From the NCBI GenBank assembly GCA_027001995.1, contig JALTLO010000105.1, forward strand, positions 1-53,564: a stretch of DNA of 53,564 bases, read 5' to 3'. Below are positions 49,007 through 53,564 of this stretch, one piece after another. The DNA is from Planctomycetota bacterium (GTDB taxonomy: Bacteria; Planctomycetota; GCA-002687715; DRQF01). The stretch's first letter is position 1, and each line of letters starts with the position of its first letter. Position numbers and translations under genes: made by a program. The notes below the pieces were generated by a model that was given only the letters and a program-made list of their open reading frames with translations, had not been told where the DNA came from and searched no databases.

Positions 49007-50290
49007 ATGAGCGCGGTCAAGAGTAGCAAGAAAAAAGTCGTTGGCAGGTCGAAGACCTCTTCGGCCAAGCAGCGAGATCTCAAATCGTCGGTGGAGTCTG
49101 GAACAAGATTCCTTTGCCGACTGGCAGAAGCTCTGCATGTTTACGGCACGTCAGCAGATCGTCTCGAAGAAGCCCTGGAATTGTGCGCTAAGCGTCTTGG
49201 ACTTCGTGGCCAGTTTTTCGCTGCCCCCACAAGTATTCAGATTGCCATAGAAACCCGCAATGGTGCCATTGCGAGACTGATCCGCGTGGACCGAAGTGAA
49301 CTCAATCTCGACAAACTCGATCGCGTCGATGGGGTTATGTACGACTTGATTCGCGGCAGGATTGGGCCAGAGACAGGGAGCCAAAAGATCAAGGAGATCC
49401 AAGAATCCAAGAATCGATATGCGGAGGTGGCACTCGTATTCGGATTCGCCGTGTCCTCAGCTTTGGTGGCGAAGTTGTTCGGTGGTGGTCCTTTGGAGGT
49501 TATGGTCACGACTTCGACAGCTCTCGTGGTGGGCAGTGTCAGCAGTGTGGTTGCCCAATACGAGCGGTTTCGGCCTTTGGCAAACGTCTTGGCCGCAGCC
49601 ATTGCTTCATTCTTGGCCTTTGCACTCGTCCCAAGTGACGAAGAAGCCGCCTACTTAGTAACGGTTTCAAGCCTCATTTTGCTCATGCCCGGTTTGAAAG
49701 TGACAATCGCCATGCGAGAGTTGGCCATGCAGCACTTGACTGCGGGTACAACTCGGATGGTTCAGGCTTTGGGCCATCTCTTGGCCTTAGCTCTTGGTGT
49801 TGCCATGGGCAAACAGATTGCCTCAACCGTGGCCCTTGACCTGGTCATGCCCTCCTTGCCTGCTTTTCCGGAGGGGAGCACGATGGTTGCGATTTGTTTG
49901 ACCCCCCTTTCTTTCTTGGTGGGGTACCAGGTGAAAGTGAGGGACTTGGGCGTGGTGACCGTGGGCTGCTTTTTGGCCTATTTCTCGGCCCGCTGGGGTA
50001 GTCTTCACATGGGGTCGGAGTTAGGGGCATTTGTGGGAGCGGCGGCTGTGGGTGTGGGAGCCAATATTTTCGCGCGAACTTTTGGCCGCTCCTCCAGCTT
50101 GATGTTGATTCCAGGGGTGACACTCTTGGTCCCCGGGTCTGTGGGGTTTCGTTCTGTCTTGGCCCTTCTTGACCACGATGCTCTCTCAGGAATCGAAGCG
50201 GGCTTCGCCATGGTTCTTGTTGGTACTGCTTTGGGGTCTGGCCTCATTGTCGCCAATATTCTTGTTCCGCCCAATCCGACTCATTCATGA
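49007..50290 (+). CDS. ThrE-family threonine/serine exporter
   Basis: LHVYGTSADRLEE, LNLDKL, LILLMPGL..TIAMREL, PGVTLLVPGSVGF; about 10 TMs; GGAGGA RBS. Confidence 0.9.
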   Translation: MSAVKSSKKKVVGRSKTSSAKQRDLKSSVESGTRFLCRLAEALHVYGTSADRLEEALELCAKRLGLRGQFFAAPTSIQIAIETRNGAIARLIRVDRSELNLDKLDRVDGVMYDLIRGRIGPETGSQKIKEIQESKNRYAEVALVFGFAVSSALVAKLFGGGPLEVMVTTSTALVVGSVSSVVAQYERFRPLANVLAAAIASFLAFALVPSDEEAAYLVTVSSLILLMPGLKVTIAMRELAMQHLTAGTTRMVQALGHLLALALGVAMGKQIASTVALDLVMPSLPAFPEGSTMVAICLTPLSFLVGYQVKVRDLGVVTVGCFLAYFSARWGSLHMGSELGAFVGAAAVGVGANIFARTFGRSSSLMLIPGVTLLVPGSVGFRSVLALLDHDALSGIEAGFAMVLVGTALGSGLIVANILVPPNPTHS

Positions 50291-50323
50291 ATTGGAGCCT
50301 ATAGCGGAAAGTGTTGGTGAGGT

Positions 50324-51727
50324 TCATTTCCAGTCTTCGGCGACTTCGACCACGAATCCTAAGAATAGGCGTATGTCATCGAGGGTGGTATCCAAGTTGA
50401 CCAAGGGCAAGCGAATGATTTTCTCCTCGCCAACCAAAGCATGACTGACCAAGGCCAATTGACGGACTTCCAATTGACGGCAGATCCAGGCCGCTGGGGC
50501 GGTTTTGTGGCGGAAGCAAACGTTAACGGATGCGACTTCGGCAACGAGTTCCAATTGTGGGGCTTGGCGTATGAGGCTGGCGGTTTCTTGGGCCAAGGAC
50601 ATCAGGCTATCAACACGGCTCTCGAAACCTTGGTCACCGTGGTGTTTCCAAGCGGCCCAAAGCTTGAGAGCATCATTGCGTCGCCCGCACTGAATGGAAG
50701 TGGCCCCCAAATCAGCCATACCTTCTTCTTCTGATTGAAATAGATAGTCTGCTTCCTCACCCAGGCTTTTTTCCAGCAGGCCTTTCTGGTGAACAATGAA
50801 TGCGGAGCAAGACAGTGGGACTCCCATCAACTTGTGGGGATTCCAAGTGAGAGAGTTGGCGCAAGAAATGCCATCAATGAGATGGCGGTGTTTCTTCGAG
50901 AGGATCATGGCTCCCCCCAAGGCCCCGTCCACATGGAGCCACAAAGAGTACTTCTTGGCGATTCTGCTGATGGCTCGGATTGGGTCGAAGGCCCCTAAGA
51001 CCGTGGTGCCAGCGGTGGCATTGATCATGAGGGGGCTGTCACCTTGGGCCAAGTCTTCTTCAATGAGATTGACCAGAGAGTCGATCAAGATTCGTCCCCG
51101 GTCGTCGGTCTTGACGAAACGAACGTTCTTCCGGCCAATGCCTGTGATGTTGGCATTCTTCCGAATGGAGTAGTGGCACAATTCTGAAGTATAGATTTTG
51201 AATGGCCCACCGTTTTGGTGGACGGCATTGTCGCGGGCGAGAACGACCGAAAGCAAGTTGGAGATAGAGCCCCCGGGGGAAATCGTTCCCTCACCGTCAG
51301 AGAAACCAAGGAGGCCAGAGATTTTGGCCATGAGTTGTTCTTCGATTACGGCGTTGATGCCTCCAGCCTTGTAGGTGTACATCGACGTATTGGCGAATGC
51401 GACGACCAATTCTGCAGCCGTGGAGATCGGATCACGGCCACCAAAGAGTTGATTGTAGAATCGTTTGGAGCTTGTCCGGGGTGTCAAGGCGGCGACTTGT
51501 TCTAAGTCATTGAGGACTTGAGCGAAAGTTGTTCCATGAGGGGAAATCCCTAAATCAACCTGTTCCGCCAGTTCCTCTGGACGCAAGGGGAGGGTGACAG
51601 GTGTCGTTTGCTCCAAGGCGACAATTGACTTGCCAATAGCCAACACCTTTTCGATCCAGGCATCCTCTGATCCTGGTTTGATCGGAATGGCCGGGTTGTT
51701 CTTCGAAAGTTCGCTGTTTTCACCCAC
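50324..51727 (-). CDS. Group II PLP-dependent decarboxylase (GAD/CSAD-like)
   Basis: FYNQLFGG, NTSMYTY, PGGSISN, HYSI, ATAGTTVLGAFD, WLHVDGALGG, WNPHKLMG (PLP Lys), IQCGRRND. Confidence 0.92.
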   Translation of the reverse strand: MGENSELSKNNPAIPIKPGSEDAWIEKVLAIGKSIVALEQTTPVTLPLRPEELAEQVDLGISPHGTTFAQVLNDLEQVAALTPRTSSKRFYNQLFGGRDPISTAAELVVAFANTSMYTYKAGGINAVIEEQLMAKISGLLGFSDGEGTISPGGSISNLLSVVLARDNAVHQNGGPFKIYTSELCHYSIRKNANITGIGRKNVRFVKTDDRGRILIDSLVNLIEEDLAQGDSPLMINATAGTTVLGAFDPIRAISRIAKKYSLWLHVDGALGGAMILSKKHRHLIDGISCANSLTWNPHKLMGVPLSCSAFIVHQKGLLEKSLGEEADYLFQSEEEGMADLGATSIQCGRRNDALKLWAAWKHHGDQGFESRVDSLMSLAQETASLIRQAPQLELVAEVASVNVCFRHKTAPAAWICRQLEVRQLALVSHALVGEEKIIRLPLVNLDTTLDDIRLFLGFVVEVAEDWK

Positions 51728-51823
51728 AGTTCTTGACGTCTTTCAATCGAGACTTTGCCAAAAGGACTCTTGTGGCCGAGGTTAGCAGGAAATTCACCCA
51801 TTCCCCAAATTCTCTTCAGCAAA

Positions 51824-53158
51824 CTAAATGGAAAGAATACCCGTGCTGTCGCCAAAGGAGCGGTCCTTCAAACCTAGCTTGTGGAGCATAGCCAAGTAGA
51901 GGTTAGCCAGAGGGGTTCGGTTCTTAACAATCAGGTGGCGACCTTTCTTGAGTTTTCCGCCACCTCGGCCCGCCAAGAGAATTGGTAGGTTGTTATGGTT
52001 ATGGGCGTTGCCATCTGAGATGCCGGAGCCGTAGACAATCATGGCATGGTCGAGCAGGCTGCCAGTCCCATCTGGAATTTCTTTCAGGCGCCCAATGAAT
52101 CGGGTGAATTCTTCGACTTGGAAGCGGTTGATTTTGCGCAGATTGTCCAGGTTTTCCTTCTTGTTGCCGTGATGAGAGGTTTGGTGGTGACCTTGGGCTA
52201 CTCCCAAGAACGGATAGCTGCGGTTGCTACCGGCATTCCCCAGCATGTAGGTCATGACTCGAGTTTGATCGGTTTGAAAGGCTAAAGTCATAAGATCGTA
52301 CATGTGCCGAACGCGGGCTTGGTAGCCGGTGACATCGCCGCCACCATAGAGACCTTGGGGCACTTTGACAGCCCCTTGAGTTTTGTTTTTGCGGGACAGG
52401 CGTTTCTCCAGCTCACGGACGGATTCCAAATATTCGTCTAGCTTGTTGCGATCGCCAGATCCGAGTTTGCCCTTCAGGCGTTTGACGTCGTCCAAGGCTT
52501 GGTCGAGAATACTCTTGCGTTTGGCTTGTCTGTCGCTCTGAGCTGCGGCGTCCAAGGCGGACTTGGGATCACCAAAGAGTCTTTCGAAGAGGGCCCGGGG
52601 CTGTGTTTCTTTGGGTACGGGTGTGGTTGCAGAGCGCCATGCGATGTTCGTGGTGTAAGCACAGTTGTAACCGGAGTCACAGTTGCCTGATCGCCGTCCT
52701 CGTTCGCAGCCGACTTCCAATGAAGGGAAGTTGGTGGAATGACCCAACTTCTTCGCTATGACTTGATCGATGGAAACGCCAACGAAGACATCTGTCTTCA
52801 CCGGGTGAGCCGTGGTGAGAAAGGCACCCGCCGAACGAGCATGATCTCCGGCTCCGTCGCCATGGGCCCGGGCACCATCCAAGGTGAGCCCGCTTAGGAT
52901 TTGGATATATTCCTTGTACCGAGATAGGGGCTCAAGAAGATGGGGAAATTTGAATCGAGCCCCCGCAGAAGAGGGTGTCCATTCGTCCATTTTCTTGCCG
53001 TTGGGCGAATAAATGAATGCCGAGCGGATTGGCAGTTTCGGAGCCGATTCTGCTATCGCCGGTAGCATGGCATCTAAATAGGGTAGAGCAATGAGAGCGC
53101 TGGCACCCCGTAGGAAAGTGCGGCGGTGGAGTTTCTTCTTGGTGACGTAGTGAGCCAT
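51824..53158 (-). CDS. DUF1552 domain protein (Tat-exported, planctomycete-type)
   Basis: RRTFLRG Tat motif, ALPYLDAM, YSPNG, SIDQVIA, CDSGYNCAY, AFQTDQTRV, DGNAHNH; TAATG overlap with the upstream gene. Confidence 0.9.
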   Translation of the reverse strand: MAHYVTKKKLHRRTFLRGASALIALPYLDAMLPAIAESAPKLPIRSAFIYSPNGKKMDEWTPSSAGARFKFPHLLEPLSRYKEYIQILSGLTLDGARAHGDGAGDHARSAGAFLTTAHPVKTDVFVGVSIDQVIAKKLGHSTNFPSLEVGCERGRRSGNCDSGYNCAYTTNIAWRSATTPVPKETQPRALFERLFGDPKSALDAAAQSDRQAKRKSILDQALDDVKRLKGKLGSGDRNKLDEYLESVRELEKRLSRKNKTQGAVKVPQGLYGGGDVTGYQARVRHMYDLMTLAFQTDQTRVMTYMLGNAGSNRSYPFLGVAQGHHQTSHHGNKKENLDNLRKINRFQVEEFTRFIGRLKEIPDGTGSLLDHAMIVYGSGISDGNAHNHNNLPILLAGRGGGKLKKGRHLIVKNRTPLANLYLAMLHKLGLKDRSFGDSTGILSI

Positions 53159-53564
53159 TATCGTACAACCCTTCTCTTGCGGAAGGCATCCATGGTAATG
53201 ATGCTTTTGATGATTTCGTTGATTGTTGCTTGACGCCAATCGAATTTCGCGATCATGGCGTCGATTGCCAGCTTGTCGGGCAAATTAGGTCTGCGACCAA
53301 TGGCGTAGACAAACATGCGTTTGGCAATGACCCTTAAGAAGGCGTCGTCCCCTTCGACCATCTTTTGAAGATCGTCTATACCTTTGATCTTTTCGCCATT
53401 GGGAAGTATGGAAGTTGTGTCGATGGGATTGCTACCAGCTTCTTTACGATAACGGCCGATGGCGTCAAAATTTTCCAGAGCCAAACCCAGGGCATCCATG
53501 CGGACATGGCAAGCTGCGCAGGCTGGGTCCTGGCGATGGATCTTCATTTGCTCTCTCAGATTGG
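53158..53564 (-). CDS. C-terminal part of a DUF1588/DUF1585 (PSCyt/PSD) cytochrome-like protein, truncated by the window edge
   Basis: HRQDPACAACH...MDALGLALENFDAIGRYR, YAIGR; usual partner upstream of DUF1552. Confidence 0.88.
   Translation of the reverse strand, partial: NLREQMKIHRQDPACAACHVRMDALGLALENFDAIGRYRKEAGSNPIDTTSILPNGEKIKGIDDLQKMVEGDDAFLRVIAKRMFVYAIGRRPNLPDKLAIDAMIAKFDWRQATINEIIKSIITMDAFRKRRVVR

Noticed and set aside
1..53564. CRISPR array, IS/transposase, integrase, prophage, rRNA
   Set aside because: No spaced repeats or corresponding protein motifs seen; intergenic regions are short.

Overview
53.6-kb bacterial chromosomal window, probably Planctomycetota (inferred from DUF1552 plus DUF1588/DUF1585 genes, DUF1570-like proteins and carboxypeptidase-regulatory-like repeat proteins). 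It holds about 30 CDSs; I saw no rRNA, tRNA, CRISPR array or mobile element. Main result: three genes that the ORF track splits in two are each one frame interrupted by a single in-frame TGA at a cysteine-type position, followed by a SECIS-like hairpin, i.e. predicted selenoproteins. They are a TlpA-type thioredoxin (WUGPC, 26842-27996), a peroxiredoxin (FTPTU, 28264-28731) and, most unusually, a secreted FG-GAP/VCBS-repeat protein with a vicinal W-U-C motif (3368-4453). Other points: the first ~140 nt look like a foreign DmsC/SoeC fragment truncating a hybrid kinase (likely chimera); a gene with an in-frame TAG (7597-9495); a fused E1 alpha-beta dehydrogenase paired with a FabD-like acyltransferase with no E2/E3 nearby; a double-length UvrA; an active/degenerate metallopeptidase pair; and an attenuator-like leader before thrE. 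All calls are by eye, without database searches.
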